A stretch of 64,000 nucleotides of DNA from Bacteroidia bacterium (GCA_039918435.1 JBDSHN010000075.1:13342-77341), one strand, 5' to 3'; counted from the first letter of the stretch, positions 28,836 to 39,109 are shown. Notes: generated by a model not told the origin, from the sequence alone. Made by a program: numbers and translations.

Positions 28836-30386
28836 TTACCTGATCATAACATCCGCCAGTTTATAGCTGCTGCCTTTTTCACCGTAAAGGATCATCCGGT
28901 GCTCGTTTATCTGCATGAATAATTTCGGTCGCAGTATTATTTTAAGATCGCTGTTGGTGAACATGGATTGCCGTTCCGGGTTACCGTTGCTGTCCATGGT
29001 TACCAAAACTGCAATTGACTTTTTCGGATTATTCATGTAGCGGAATTTCTGGCTGTTTTCGTTTTTCAGGTTTTTTGCATTGTCGTTGAACATGAAATAC
29101 ATTTTATCACCCGATACAGCGAATGTAAAAGAGGAATAATAACCACCATCATTCCGGCTGACCTGGTATTTCGGAATTTTTTTCGCCCATGAAATTTCAC
29201 CTGCCGGATTAATACTTACAACAATAATATCATTGTAATAATAATAGTAAGTGTACGTATAAGAATGTGTTGTCGGATCATAGCTCTGTACCATCACTTC
29301 ATAATATTGTTCGGCAACGAGTATTGCTCCACCATCTTCACGCAACACAAGATGCCGGAGAATATAATCGTAAAGCTCTTTTCGTTTTTCGACTTTCCGT
29401 TCACTCATAAACTGCGAAAGAAAATCGGGGCGGAAATCCATCGTGCCTTGTTTGGTGATCTCTTTTGTCGCTTTATCGATCTTCACATAAAAAGCGCCGA
29501 TGATGGAAGCAGAGCTTTTATTGGAATAAAAACCGGCACAGATAATATCTCCTTTTTCATTTACTGTCATCCGCACATCAGAAATAAATTTAGGATCAAG
29601 ACTTACTTTATATTCTTTGAGGTTATCTGTTTCGTGCTCATACATTAATACCGCATGAAAATAAGTTGGTATTGATCGCCGCTCCTGCCGCGACATCACA
29701 GATTTATCTTTCGAAACCGTCGCCATCATATACACATCATCATTCGCGGCAACAATAAAATTATCAAGTGAAAAGAACTCATCTTTATACGGTGGAACAA
29801 TTTCTTTTTTCCATAATGAAAACAGGTCTTTGTCAAGCAATTCAAGTGAAAATTTTTCATTGGCATATTCATCGTAAGGCGGATTGACCACAACAAGAAT
29901 ATGATTCGAATCCAGTGACATGCCCGTATAAAAACTGCCGGGATTACTCCTTTTTATTGCCGGAATGCTGGCTACCGCGGTCCACTCTTTTTTTAAGGTG
30001 CTGTGCTCATCAAGAATTTTCGCATAAAGAATATTCACATCTTTTACGCGATCATAATCATGCGCGAAGAGGAGAATATTACCACCCATAAAATAAATTT
30101 CATCCAGCGAAAGTTCATTTTTCCCCGGGCCTTCAAGAGAAATAACCTTGGTATAATCAAGGCTGAGATCATTCAGCTTATACCGTTCAATAATAGGATC
30201 GTGGTTTCCGAAAAGAGAATATTCACTGCGCAGCGTATAAACAAAAGTGCCATCTTCTCCGAGCATCCGGGTCATGGCGGTTTTCCTTGGTTTTTTCTGT
30301 GGCACGCCCCAGGTTATTTCCATTTGTGCGGAAAGGAATATGGGAAAGAAAATAATCAGTGAAAGATACTGACGGAAACGCCGCAT
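28836..30386 (-). CDS. Secreted hypothetical protein
   Basis: Signal peptide MRRFRQYLSLIIFFPIFLSAQ. 516 aa, with a Tyr/Thr low-complexity patch TYTYYYYYND. No domain recognised. Confidence 0.45.
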   Translation of the reverse strand: MRRFRQYLSLIIFFPIFLSAQMEITWGVPQKKPRKTAMTRMLGEDGTFVYTLRSEYSLFGNHDPIIERYKLNDLSLDYTKVISLEGPGKNELSLDEIYFMGGNILLFAHDYDRVKDVNILYAKILDEHSTLKKEWTAVASIPAIKRSNPGSFYTGMSLDSNHILVVVNPPYDEYANEKFSLELLDKDLFSLWKKEIVPPYKDEFFSLDNFIVAANDDVYMMATVSKDKSVMSRQERRSIPTYFHAVLMYEHETDNLKEYKVSLDPKFISDVRMTVNEKGDIICAGFYSNKSSASIIGAFYVKIDKATKEITKQGTMDFRPDFLSQFMSERKVEKRKELYDYILRHLVLREDGGAILVAEQYYEVMVQSYDPTTHSYTYTYYYYYNDIIVVSINPAGEISWAKKIPKYQVSRNDGGYYSSFTFAVSGDKMYFMFNDNAKNLKNENSQKFRYMNNPKKSIAVLVTMDSNGNPERQSMFTNSDLKIILRPKLFMQINEHRMILYGEKGSSYKLADVMIR

Positions 30387-30430
30387 ACCGATGAAGATTT
30401 CGTAACTTTAACAAAGCTACGAATTAGAAA

Positions 30431-31174
30431 ATGAGAACTGCTTTTTACATTTCGCTCTTTTTATTTTTGCATGGGATCATCCTTCCTGCTCAGATTGTTC
30501 TTCACACCTCCGTTGATACCACTCCTGCAAAAACAACTGTTAAAGTAGCTGTGCTGAATCCGCACGGAAAACAAGCTGTTGCTTACAGCGGACATTCGAT
30601 GCCGGTTGACAGCGTGCAGCAAGCATTAAAAATAAATCCTGCTAACTTTTTGCGGGGCGATTTTTCTTTGTATTACGAGTATCGTTTAGCACGGCATTAT
30701 AGTGTGGAAGGTGCGCTCGGTGTTACGTATGTCGATTATGTTTATGAGCTTACGCAAAATGCAGGACGTTTTATTTTAAAAGCGAACGAAGCAAACGCTG
30801 TAAAATTTTATTCAGGTGTTTCAACGCGATTGCAATTTCGTTGGTATCCCTCCCGGTACGAAACTGCAATTTCCGGTTATTATTTTGCCCCTGAGATCAG
30901 CTACCGCACCTATAAAATGGATTACCTCGTGAATACCGGACTCATTTCGGAGCCGCACCGGTTAAACAGGAAATACACCGACATCCGCTTACAGTTTGGC
31001 CGACAAGATCCTGATCCGTATGATTCATTTTTCTGGGAATGGTATTTGTCCGCAGGCTTCCGTCATTTCAACCAGGACTATGTAGAAAAATCAGGACTCG
31101 ATGCAGAATTCGGTCATGAAGATTATTGGGGTCCTGTTGTAGGCGGAGGAATTAAACTTGGATTTAATCTTTAG
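30431..31174 (+). CDS. Putative outer-membrane beta-barrel protein
   Basis: Signal peptide, alternating amphipathic beta-strand pattern, and an aromatic-rich C-terminus ...VVGGGIKLGFNL. Confidence 0.4.
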   Translation: MRTAFYISLFLFLHGIILPAQIVLHTSVDTTPAKTTVKVAVLNPHGKQAVAYSGHSMPVDSVQQALKINPANFLRGDFSLYYEYRLARHYSVEGALGVTYVDYVYELTQNAGRFILKANEANAVKFYSGVSTRLQFRWYPSRYETAISGYYFAPEISYRTYKMDYLVNTGLISEPHRLNRKYTDIRLQFGRQDPDPYDSFFWEWYLSAGFRHFNQDYVEKSGLDAEFGHEDYWGPVVGGGIKLGFNL

Positions 31175-31184
31175 CTTAAATCAA

Positions 31185-31256
31185 TTTGCTAATATGCTGA
31201 TGAGTTAATGTGCTAATCCCGTCAGCACTTTATTATTGGCAAATTAGCACATGCTG
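31185..31256. repeat. TGCTAAT-heptad repeat element, copy 1
   Basis: tttgctaatatgctgatgagttaatgtgctaatcc ... ggcaaattagcacatgctg contains a 10-bp inverted pair atgtgctaat/attagcacat. It shares TTTGCTAATATGCT(A/G)ATGA with copy 3 and abuts the rlmN stop. Confidence 0.6.
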
Positions 31257-32339
31257 TTACTTCTTCAACTTCAACGCTTCTCCCGACTTAGTAATCGCTT
31301 CATTCTTATTCGCTAATTGTCCGCATGCTGCGTCGATGTCTTTTCCTCTTGAACGGCGAACATTTACGATTACGCCCCGCTCTTCGAGAATGTGAGTGAA
31401 ACGATTTAAACGTTCAGGTAAGGTTTGTTGAAATTCTCCATCATCAATCGGGTTGTATTCAATGATATTTACTTTTGCTGGAACTTTTTTGCAGAATGCG
31501 GCTAATTCTTTCGCGTCTTCAGCACCATCATTAAAATCTTTGAACACGATAAATTCAAAGGTGACACGCGTTCCTGTTTTGTCGTAAAAATGATTCATTG
31601 AATCAGCCAAAGCGTCAAGTGAATTTTCTTCATTGATAGGCATGATGTGATTTCGTTTGACATCATTCGCGGCGTGAAGCGAAAGTGCAAGATTGAATTT
31701 CACTTCATCATCACCCAGCTTGTGGATCATTTTTGCAATGCCGGCAGTAGAAACCGTGATACGTGAAGGCGACATATTCAATCCTTCAGGCGAAGTGATT
31801 TTCTCCACCGAAGTAAGCACGTTTTTATAATTCAGCAGCGGTTCGCCCATTCCCATGTACACGATATTCGTGAGCGGTTGCTGGTAACGCTCCTGTGCTT
31901 GGTTGCGGATGAGCACCACCTGGTCGTAAATTTCTTCTGCACCAAGGTTTCTTAATCGTGCAAGACGACCTGTTGCGCAGAATTTACATGTGAGACTACA
32001 GCCAACCTGTGAAGAAATGCACGCAGTCATCCGCGAATCGGTGGGAATAAGAACACCTTCAACAATGTTATTGTCATAAAGCCTGAATGCGCTCTTGATC
32101 GTACGGTCGTTAGAAACCTGGAAATTATCAATGCCGACAATTGGAAAAGAAAAATGTTCTTCCAGCACGGCTCGTGTTTCTTTCGAAAGATTCGTCATTT
32201 CCGAAAATCCGCGCGCCGATTTTTGCCAAAGCCATTCCCATACTTGTTTCCCACGGAACGCTTTTTCACCATGATCGGTAAAAAAAGTTTTCAGCTCATC
32301 AAGAGAAAGGCTGCGGATATTTGGTTTTGCCAATGACAT
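31257..32339 (-). CDS. rlmN: 23S rRNA (adenine2503-C2)-methyltransferase / tRNA m2A37 methyltransferase RlmN
   Basis: Radical-SAM CxxxCxxC (GCSLTCKFCATG), a C-terminal Cys, and the conserved N-terminal FRGKQVWEWLW. Confidence 0.85.
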   Translation of the reverse strand: MSLAKPNIRSLSLDELKTFFTDHGEKAFRGKQVWEWLWQKSARGFSEMTNLSKETRAVLEEHFSFPIVGIDNFQVSNDRTIKSAFRLYDNNIVEGVLIPTDSRMTACISSQVGCSLTCKFCATGRLARLRNLGAEEIYDQVVLIRNQAQERYQQPLTNIVYMGMGEPLLNYKNVLTSVEKITSPEGLNMSPSRITVSTAGIAKMIHKLGDDEVKFNLALSLHAANDVKRNHIMPINEENSLDALADSMNHFYDKTGTRVTFEFIVFKDFNDGAEDAKELAAFCKKVPAKVNIIEYNPIDDGEFQQTLPERLNRFTHILEERGVIVNVRRSRGKDIDAACGQLANKNEAITKSGEALKLKK

Positions 32340-32429
32340 ACTGCAAAGGTACGATGGAAATTCACGATCTTTACCGGATTGGGAAGATTCGCCCGATCTT
32401 TGATAAGTGCGTTTTAATTAATTTTATTT

Positions 32430-33596
32430 ATGCGTTTTCTTACTGCCGACTATATTTTTTCCGCCCATACAGGATTTATAAAAAAAGGAATTCTTGCCAT
32501 CGATGCAAACGGTGTTGTGTTTGATCTGATTGATCCCGAAAAGACAGAAAAGGTTCCAGTGGCCGAAAAATTCGACGGTATTCTTTTTCCCGGATTTGTA
32601 AATGCGCATTGTCATCTTGAACTTTCTCATTTGCATGGTAAGATCACGAAACAAACAGGTTTTGTTGAATTTGCAAAAGAGCTGCTTTCAAAACGGTCTG
32701 CATTTTCGCACGATGATATTTCTGCCGCCATTGAAAAAGCAGATGAAGAAATGTTCAATAACGGAATTGCCGGCGTTGGTGATATTTCAAATAACGCCGA
32801 TACATTTTCACAAAAAGAAAAGAACAGAATTCTTTATCATACGTTTATCGAAGTGCTTGCATTAAATCCTACCATGGCGGAAAAAGTAGCGGCTACCGGA
32901 ATAGAATTGCTGCGTACTGCACCGAAACCGAATTCACTTGTGCCGCATGCACCATATTCCGTTTCTCCTGAGCTGTTGGAAATTATTGCAAATTCGTCGC
33001 ATGAAGAAAATGTTCCGCTCACTATTCACAACCAGGAAAGCCTGGGAGAAAGTGAATTTTTTGCCAAACGTTCGGGTCCGATGAAAGGTTTTTATGAATT
33101 CCTCGGGCTTGACATTTCCTTTTTCAAACCAACAGGATTAAATTCACTTCGCAGCACGCTCAAATATTTGCCGCATAACAGGAATATTGTTCTTGTACAC
33201 AATACATTTACTTCTGCTGAAGATATCCGCTGGGCCGAATTTTACAGCAAGAATTTGTATTGGTGTTTTTGTCCGAATGCGAATTTATATATCGAGAATA
33301 AGCTTCCCGATTTCAATTTATTCATAGAAGGGAAAACGAAAATTGTCATTGGAACAGATTCATTGGCTTCGAATGATAAGCTTTCTGTGCTGGATGAGTT
33401 AAAAGTCATTGCTAAAACCGTTCCGGGAATTTCATTGGAGCAATTACTTACCTGGGCAACAAAGAACGGTGCAGAAGCATTGAATTTATCTTCCCTCGGA
33501 ACATTCGAAAAAAATAAAAAACCGGGAGTGAATTTACTTTCGAAAAGTACCGTTGCTAAGCTGTTGCCTGAAAGTGAAGTGAAGCGAATTTGTTGA
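32430..33596 (+). CDS. Amidohydrolase family protein (metal-dependent hydrolase, deaminase-like)
   Basis: GFVNAHCHLELSHLHG is the HxH metal-binding motif of the amidohydrolase superfamily. A later HNQES and a C-terminal D are consistent. 388 aa. Confidence 0.6.
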   Translation: MRFLTADYIFSAHTGFIKKGILAIDANGVVFDLIDPEKTEKVPVAEKFDGILFPGFVNAHCHLELSHLHGKITKQTGFVEFAKELLSKRSAFSHDDISAAIEKADEEMFNNGIAGVGDISNNADTFSQKEKNRILYHTFIEVLALNPTMAEKVAATGIELLRTAPKPNSLVPHAPYSVSPELLEIIANSSHEENVPLTIHNQESLGESEFFAKRSGPMKGFYEFLGLDISFFKPTGLNSLRSTLKYLPHNRNIVLVHNTFTSAEDIRWAEFYSKNLYWCFCPNANLYIENKLPDFNLFIEGKTKIVIGTDSLASNDKLSVLDELKVIAKTVPGISLEQLLTWATKNGAEALNLSSLGTFEKNKKPGVNLLSKSTVAKLLPESEVKRIC

Positions 33597-33649
33597 GGAA
33601 TGATAATTTCAGCAAGCGCAGAAATTCCTCCTTCTCAATTACTAATTAA

Positions 33650-34360
33650 TCACAGAAGTGTTCCACCATTCAAATCTCCCGCCACCGTCCGCCTGGATTT
33701 CAAAATTGCTTCAGCAATAATTAAATCCGTCGGTGTTGTCAATTTGAAATTATCCACGTTGCCATCCACGAGATGAATGGATTCCCCAAATGATTCTACA
33801 ACAGAAGCATCGTCGGTAAATGTGTATTTGTATTCCTGCGAATATGCTTTCTTCAGCAGCGGAACAGAAAAACATTGCGGCGTTTGTATCAGGCAATATT
33901 TTGAACGGTCAACAGCAACGCTGGGCTTTGAATCGTTCTGGCGGATGGAATCACTCAGCGGAATTGAAGGAACACCGCTTCCGTTAAGCTCAGCCATATT
34001 GAACGAATTGAGAATTGTTTTTTTTGTGACCAGCGGACGAACAGCATCATGCACTGCAACAAGCGCCTCTTCATCCGGAATTAAAGAAAGACCATTCTTC
34101 ACCGATTCAAAACGCGTTTCGCCTCCCGCCGTGATCTGAACCGGAACCGGAAGTTTATATTCCTGCGCGATCTTTTCCCAATGTGAAAACTCGCTGGCAG
34201 GTAAAACAAGAATAACGATGATGTCTTTATCGTAATCAGCAAACGCGGCAATGCTATGCAATAAAACAGGGCGTCCGTCCAGCTTTAAAAACTGTTTTGG
34301 TGTGGGAGATTGCATCCGCGAACCTCTTCCTGCTGCAACGATGATGACGTAATGTTTCAA
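33650..34360 (-). CDS. ispD: 2-C-methyl-D-erythritol 4-phosphate cytidylyltransferase
   Basis: The N-terminus YVIIVAAGRGSRMQSPTPKQFLKLDGRPVL is canonical IspD. 236 aa. Confidence 0.8.
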   Translation of the reverse strand: MKHYVIIVAAGRGSRMQSPTPKQFLKLDGRPVLLHSIAAFADYDKDIIVILVLPASEFSHWEKIAQEYKLPVPVQITAGGETRFESVKNGLSLIPDEEALVAVHDAVRPLVTKKTILNSFNMAELNGSGVPSIPLSDSIRQNDSKPSVAVDRSKYCLIQTPQCFSVPLLKKAYSQEYKYTFTDDASVVESFGESIHLVDGNVDNFKLTTPTDLIIAEAILKSRRTVAGDLNGGTLL

Positions 34361-34374
34361 GATTCCAAATATAG

Positions 34375-34583
34375 GGGGAAGTAGTTAGTCCGCGGCGGAG
34401 AAGTTATTAGTTCGGGGAATTTTTTGAAAAAGAGAACCAATTACAAGTGAAAACGAATTTATGAAAGCTCTTGGATTACATATTATTCGTACCATTCAGA
34501 ATTTGTTCTCCATCCAACAAAAAAAATCGGAGAAAACAGACGCATCCATTTTCTCCGAACTAAAAACTAATCCACCGCGGCGG
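34375..34583. mobile_element. MITE-like element bounded by inverted repeats of about 35 bp
   Basis: The left repeat is gtagttagtccgcggcggagaagttattagttcgg (34375-34409). The right is ccgaactaaaaactaatccaccgcggcggactacgaact (34545-34583). They are reverse-complement related through AGTCCGCGGCGG..TTAGTT..AGTTCG, and the ~135-bp interior has no ORF. Confidence 0.4.
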
Positions 34584-34591
34584 ACTACGAA

Positions 34592-35641
34592 CTATATGAT
34601 AAGCATGGCATCGCCGTAGCTCAGGAAACGGTATTTTTCTTTTACCGCTTCTTTGTATGCTTTCATGATCAGGTCATAACCACCGAATGCCGAAACCATC
34701 ATCAGCAAAGTAGATTCTGGCGCATGGAAATTAGAGATCATGCAGTTTGCGATTGAAAAATCATAAGGAGGAAAAACAAATTTGTTTGTCCAGCCGCTGA
34801 ATGGTTTCAGGTATCCATCGGTAGAAACCGAAGTTTCAGTTGCACGGATAGTAGTTGTTCCTACTGCACAAACGCGTTTTTTATTGCGTTTCGCTTCATT
34901 CACCAGCAATGTTGCACTAACGGGAATCTCAAGCTTTTCAGATTCCATTTTGTGCTTGGTGAGATCTTCCACTTCAACCGGACGGAAACTTCCCAATCCA
35001 ACGTGCAAGGTCAGCTTTGGGAATGTAATGCCTTTTAATTCCAGGCGTTTCAACAGCTCACGTGAGAAGTGCAATCCTGCAGTCGGAGCAGCAACAGCAC
35101 CTTCCACATCAGCGTAAACAGTCTGGTAACGGTCTTTATCTTCCGGGCTCAGCGGACGTTTGATGTATTTCGGAATAGGTGTATTTCCGAGAAGTTCAAT
35201 TGTTTTTTTGAATTCTTCGAACGGGCCGTCGAAAAGGAAACGCAATGTACGGCCACGACTTGTGGTGTTATCAATTACTTCAGCAACGAGGTTATCATTT
35301 TCGCCGAAGTAAAGCTTATTGCCGATACGGATTTTACGCGCAGGATCTACAAGCACATCCCAGAGGCGGCTTTCACGGTTCAGTTCACGAAGAAGAAAAA
35401 CTTCAATTTTAGCGCCTGTTTTTTCTTTGTTTCCGTAAAGGCGTGCAGGAAATACTTTCGTGTCATTCAAAATCATGCAATCGCCGTCATCGAAGTAGTT
35501 GATGATGTCTTTGAAGATCTTGTGCTCGATCTTGCCGGTTTTACGGTCAATGACCATCATCCGCGACTCATCACGGTTCTTTGAAGGGTAATCTGCCACC
35601 AGCTCTGGCGGAAGATGAAATTTGAATTGAGATAATTTCAT
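34592..35641 (-). CDS. queA: tRNA preQ1(34) S-adenosylmethionine ribosyltransferase-isomerase
   Basis: [19 protein letters not shown]...DESRMMV... is the canonical QueA N-terminus. 349 aa. Confidence 0.85.
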   Translation of the reverse strand: MKLSQFKFHLPPELVADYPSKNRDESRMMVIDRKTGKIEHKIFKDIINYFDDGDCMILNDTKVFPARLYGNKEKTGAKIEVFLLRELNRESRLWDVLVDPARKIRIGNKLYFGENDNLVAEVIDNTTSRGRTLRFLFDGPFEEFKKTIELLGNTPIPKYIKRPLSPEDKDRYQTVYADVEGAVAAPTAGLHFSRELLKRLELKGITFPKLTLHVGLGSFRPVEVEDLTKHKMESEKLEIPVSATLLVNEAKRNKKRVCAVGTTTIRATETSVSTDGYLKPFSGWTNKFVFPPYDFSIANCMISNFHAPESTLLMMVSAFGGYDLIMKAYKEAVKEKYRFLSYGDAMLII

Positions 35642-35854
35642 AGTACTCGAAATGGGTCTATACGGCCTTTGCGGACGCGTGATAATTACATGAAATTGTT
35701 ACGAGTTAACGGGAGATTGCCTTCACCTGTACCTTCGAACGGGCGCAAATATATCCTTCCGCATACCCCCTTGTCAAGTAAAATCGTATAAATCATTCAA
35801 ATAATCGGCGGTTAAGCCTGGAAGCCTTGTCAATGCTGGGAAATATTTCTGTGA

Positions 35855-36095
35855 GGAGGTTGGTAGTTGGTGTTAAAATGTAGGTGGTTGGTTGTAAAAA
35901 GGTCGAAAGTTGTTGGAAAGGTGCATTTACTTGTTCATTGAGCATTGAACATTTGACATTGTTTGTTTCGGATTTGGAGAAATTCTCATGGCAGCAAAAT
36001 GTTCAATGTCAAACTCACAATAGTCAATGGACAAGGTTAAAAAGAGTCAAAAACCACCAACCACCAACTCTTTTTCAACCACCCCCCCTTTTTAT
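35855..36095. repeat. Long imperfect palindrome with GGTTGG-repeat and CCAACC-repeat arms
   Basis: The left arm is gaggaggttggtagttggtg...gtaggtggttggttg...gttgttgg. The right arm is caaaaaccaccaaccaccaactc...caaccaccccccc. The centre holds partially complementary segments (cattgaacatttgacattg and aaatgttcaatgtcaaac). It lies in the 620-bp queA/DUF2306 divergent region. Confidence 0.45.
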
Positions 36096-36260
36096 ACTTC
36101 AAATGCACTATTGCCCCTTCAAAAATCATTTTCCACCTTTGAAATACACTTATTCAACAGATCTGCCATTTGTTGTTGAAAGTCGGCCAGTAACAAAAAT
36201 TAACTACTCCGTCTGTGACTTATCAGCTTATTTGGCGTTATAAATCAGCAAACCTCTAAC

Positions 36261-36935
36261 ATGAACAGCAGGATTCTTTCCGCCAAAAACGCCATCACCT
36301 TCGGGGTGTTTGTGCTGTTCTGGATTCCCGTCACCTTGCTGAGCCTGCTCCTTGTTTTTAACACAATTCCCTATTTTTCTTTTAACGCCGATATGCCTTT
36401 TCTGGAAACAAGGGAAGTATTGTACGCAAAACCAGTGTGGAGAATTTGTTTTTACGTGCATATTGCTGCCGGTTCATTCTGCATTCTTACTGCGCTCGTG
36501 CAGTTTTCTTCCTGGATATTGAAAAAACGAAAAAAGCTGCACATCATCTCCGGAAAAATTTATGTGTTTGTGGTATTGCTCATCGGCGCGCCAACCGGAT
36601 TTTACATGACATTTTTTGCAGAAGGCGGCGTTGGTGAAAGAATCTGTTTTATGCTGATGGCCATCTTCTGGTTTTATTCCACGCTGCGCGGATTTAAAGC
36701 TGCGGTGTATGATAAAAATTTTCTTTCGCATAAATACTGGATGATGCGATCATATTCCATGGCGCTTACAGCAGTTACATTCCGTATTTATCACATCATC
36801 TTCGATAAAATGGGAATGGTTCATTTCGATAACTATTCCCTTTCGCTCTGGATAAGCGTATTTGGAAACGCGCTAGTCTGTGAAGCGATCATTTTCTCTC
36901 AATCAAAAAAATACCTCAGCACACTTAAATTCTAA
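36261..36935 (+). CDS. DUF2306-like polytopic membrane protein
   Basis: 224 aa with 6 TM helices. The pattern resembles DUF2306. Confidence 0.4.
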   Translation: MNSRILSAKNAITFGVFVLFWIPVTLLSLLLVFNTIPYFSFNADMPFLETREVLYAKPVWRICFYVHIAAGSFCILTALVQFSSWILKKRKKLHIISGKIYVFVVLLIGAPTGFYMTFFAEGGVGERICFMLMAIFWFYSTLRGFKAAVYDKNFLSHKYWMMRSYSMALTAVTFRIYHIIFDKMGMVHFDNYSLSLWISVFGNALVCEAIIFSQSKKYLSTLKF

Positions 36936-36939
36936 TCTT

Positions 36940-37389
36940 ATGAAAACGTTCCTCACCATTTGTATTTGCGCCATGGTCACCGCCGGAATTTATGGTTTTG
37001 CGGATATGGCAGGCGATGTAAAAAACGGCACAATGATCCGATATGATCAAGACGATGAAGAATATGTGGATGTTTCACAAGGCGCATTGACTGTTGGAAT
37101 ATTGAATAATAACGCGACAAAAACTCAAGCTGTTATTTCTGAAACGAAAACAGCATCAAAGCAACAGCCCGAGATAAAGCTCATAGCAAAAAAGAAGATT
37201 GTTGTGAAAGATGAAACTGTTGTTGAAGAAAAAGAAGTTGTGAGCGTAAATGAAGAAAAATTTACAACAGATGTGATAGTAGATTCCGTTCCTAAGGAAG
37301 CGGTAAAAGAAGATTTAGAAATTAATTACAGGGAATTTTCACGCGGCGCACCACGCAAGCACAAAAGCAAAAAGCATCCAAAAGAATAA
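36940..37389 (+). CDS. Hypothetical membrane-anchored, Lys/Glu-rich protein
   Basis: The Met at 36940 gives MKTFLTICICAMVTAGIYGF (TM or signal). The remainder is charged low-complexity. The listed ORF has a 20-codon upstream extension. Confidence 0.35.
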   Translation: MKTFLTICICAMVTAGIYGFADMAGDVKNGTMIRYDQDDEEYVDVSQGALTVGILNNNATKTQAVISETKTASKQQPEIKLIAKKKIVVKDETVVEEKEVVSVNEEKFTTDVIVDSVPKEAVKEDLEINYREFSRGAPRKHKSKKHPKE

Positions 37390-37537
37390 TTTCAAATAAA
37401 ATAGTTTCGCTTTTGTAACTTTTTGAAAGCACGGTGTTATACTACTGACAACAACGGAAACTACTGGTTGTCCTCGCCGAAGGAGCTCTTTCGGACCGGG
37501 AAAGGCAGGGACCGCAGCCCGAACCCCCGGATCATTT

Positions 37538-37574
37538 AACGCCCGTTTTCTTCCTCAGGAACGGGCGTTTTTTA
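37538..37574 (+). terminator. Rho-independent terminator
   Basis: aacgcccgtt, 12-nt loop, aacgggcgtt (10-bp stem), followed by a T-run. Confidence 0.7.
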
Positions 37575-37618
37575 ATTTCAAATTGTGGTGAAGAAAAATC
37601 GTTTGCCAAACAATTCCA

Positions 37619-37900
37619 ATGGCAGCAAAGAAAAGCATATTCGAATTTATTATTGAAGTTCTCGGTTGGATTCAAATTGTTGCATCGCCATTATTCACAG
37701 GAATTATTATTGGCTTTGTTGTATACCTCGCAAAACCTGATGGAACGGGAATTACAATCGCATTTTCACTTGCAGCACTCGGATTAATCATTGGAATAAC
37801 CTGGGCTACGCGCGTTTGGAACAGAAAAGGAACAATACATTTTATGTCGAGAGTAATGGCAACTCCCGAACTTGATAAACCAAAAAAGGAAGAAGAATAA
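37619..37900 (+). CDS. Small hypothetical membrane protein (2 TM)
   Basis: 93 aa with two hydrophobic helices and a basic-acidic C-terminal tail. Confidence 0.35.
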   Translation: MAAKKSIFEFIIEVLGWIQIVASPLFTGIIIGFVVYLAKPDGTGITIAFSLAALGLIIGITWATRVWNRKGTIHFMSRVMATPELDKPKKEEE

Positions 37901-38024
37901 GGCATTACAAATGTAAAAAAATCATATTTAACACAATGAAAGAGGACGGTGAAAAAAAACAGCCTGAATTGTTGTACATTTCGAGAAATTTAAAACTTAA
38001 TTAATAACCCTAAACAGTTTTCTT

Positions 38025-39035
38025 ATGAAAAAAATTACTCTGCTATTTTTAATGACGGGTGGATTGTGCGCTACACTGGCTGCGCAGCCTGTTCTTACTG
38101 CTGCTGGCATTATGCCGGTTGTAGGTAATGTACTCAGCACAACCAATGGCGGTTATGTAAATCCGGGACCTGCTGGTGCAAACCAAACCTGGAACCTGGC
38201 ATTTGCAAATGGCGGTGCTTCTACTTCTACTGGTGTAACTCCTGGTTCTACTCCTTATGCTGCAAACTTTCCGCAGTCAACTGTTTCATTGCCAGGTGGT
38301 GGAGCTTATGTTTATTATAAAGGAACAGCAGCTGCATGGCAGAATTGCGGACTTGTAGATCCGAATGGAGTTGTTCTGGCTTATTCTGATTTTGAGGACA
38401 TATTGCATTTCCCATTTACTTATACAAATACTTATACAGACACTTGGGCAACAACATTTGTATCGTCCTCAACCACTTACTATCGTTCGGGAACAACAAC
38501 TGTAACTGCTGATGCCTACGGCACTCTCACTACTCCTGATGGAACATTTACGAATGTAACACGCGTTCATTTTTATCAGGTGTACAGCGATTCAGCAAAC
38601 ATGCAGAGCCAGCCAGTTATATTAGAATATGAGAACGATGAGTACATGTGGTACCTGAATGGTAACCATTCCGTGATTGCAGCAGTTTATATCCTTACAC
38701 CAGATTTTACTTCAACTATTATGGGCGGATTTTACATGAACAACGTAGTAAGCGGAGTAAATGATTTTTCTGCACTTACCGCTTTATCACTTGCTCCGAA
38801 TCCCGCTAACGATGTTGCAAATTTCAATATTGAGCTGAATGAAGCAAAAGAATTGAACGTTACAATTTATAATTATGCCGGACAGGAAATCGGAAAGAGC
38901 ATTACCACAGCAGGTTTTGTTGGTGAAAATAAAATAGCTTTCTCCGTAGCTGAGCTTGCAGCAGGTTCTTATTTTGCAATTGTTTCGCTTGACGGCGTAC
39001 AAGCATCATCACAAAAAATTGTTGTGACGCACTAA
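38025..39035 (+). CDS. Secreted protein with T9SS C-terminal sorting domain
   Basis: Signal peptide MKKITLLFLMTGGLCATLAAQ. The C-terminal CTD is LSLAPNPANDVANFNIELNEAKELNVTIYNYAGQEIGK...GSYFAIVSLDGVQASSQKIVVTH. Confidence 0.7.
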   Translation: MKKITLLFLMTGGLCATLAAQPVLTAAGIMPVVGNVLSTTNGGYVNPGPAGANQTWNLAFANGGASTSTGVTPGSTPYAANFPQSTVSLPGGGAYVYYKGTAAAWQNCGLVDPNGVVLAYSDFEDILHFPFTYTNTYTDTWATTFVSSSTTYYRSGTTTVTADAYGTLTTPDGTFTNVTRVHFYQVYSDSANMQSQPVILEYENDEYMWYLNGNHSVIAAVYILTPDFTSTIMGGFYMNNVVSGVNDFSALTALSLAPNPANDVANFNIELNEAKELNVTIYNYAGQEIGKSITTAGFVGENKIAFSVAELAAGSYFAIVSLDGVQASSQKIVVTH

Positions 39036-39055
39036 CAAAAATTATTTATAAAATG

Positions 39056-39095
39056 AAAAGAGTCCCGTAGCAATGCGGGACTCTTTTCATTTTAT
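39056..39095. terminator. Bidirectional terminator hairpin between convergent genes
   Basis: gaaaagagtcccg, 8-nt loop, cgggactcttttc. A-rich on the left and T-rich on the right. Confidence 0.65.
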
Positions 39096-39109
39096 AAGCA
39101 TTGAAACTT

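Noticed and set aside
32321-32654. Small ORFs 32321..32524 (plus) and 32424..32654 (minus) between rlmN and the amidohydrolase
   Set aside because: They are short and overlap the divergent promoter region and the amidohydrolase 5' end. They have no motifs.
37440-37537. Calling this segment the SRP (4.5S) RNA
   Set aside because: There is only loose similarity to the domain IV consensus. I could not find the 5'/3' helix pairing, so I kept it as an uncertain candidate only.
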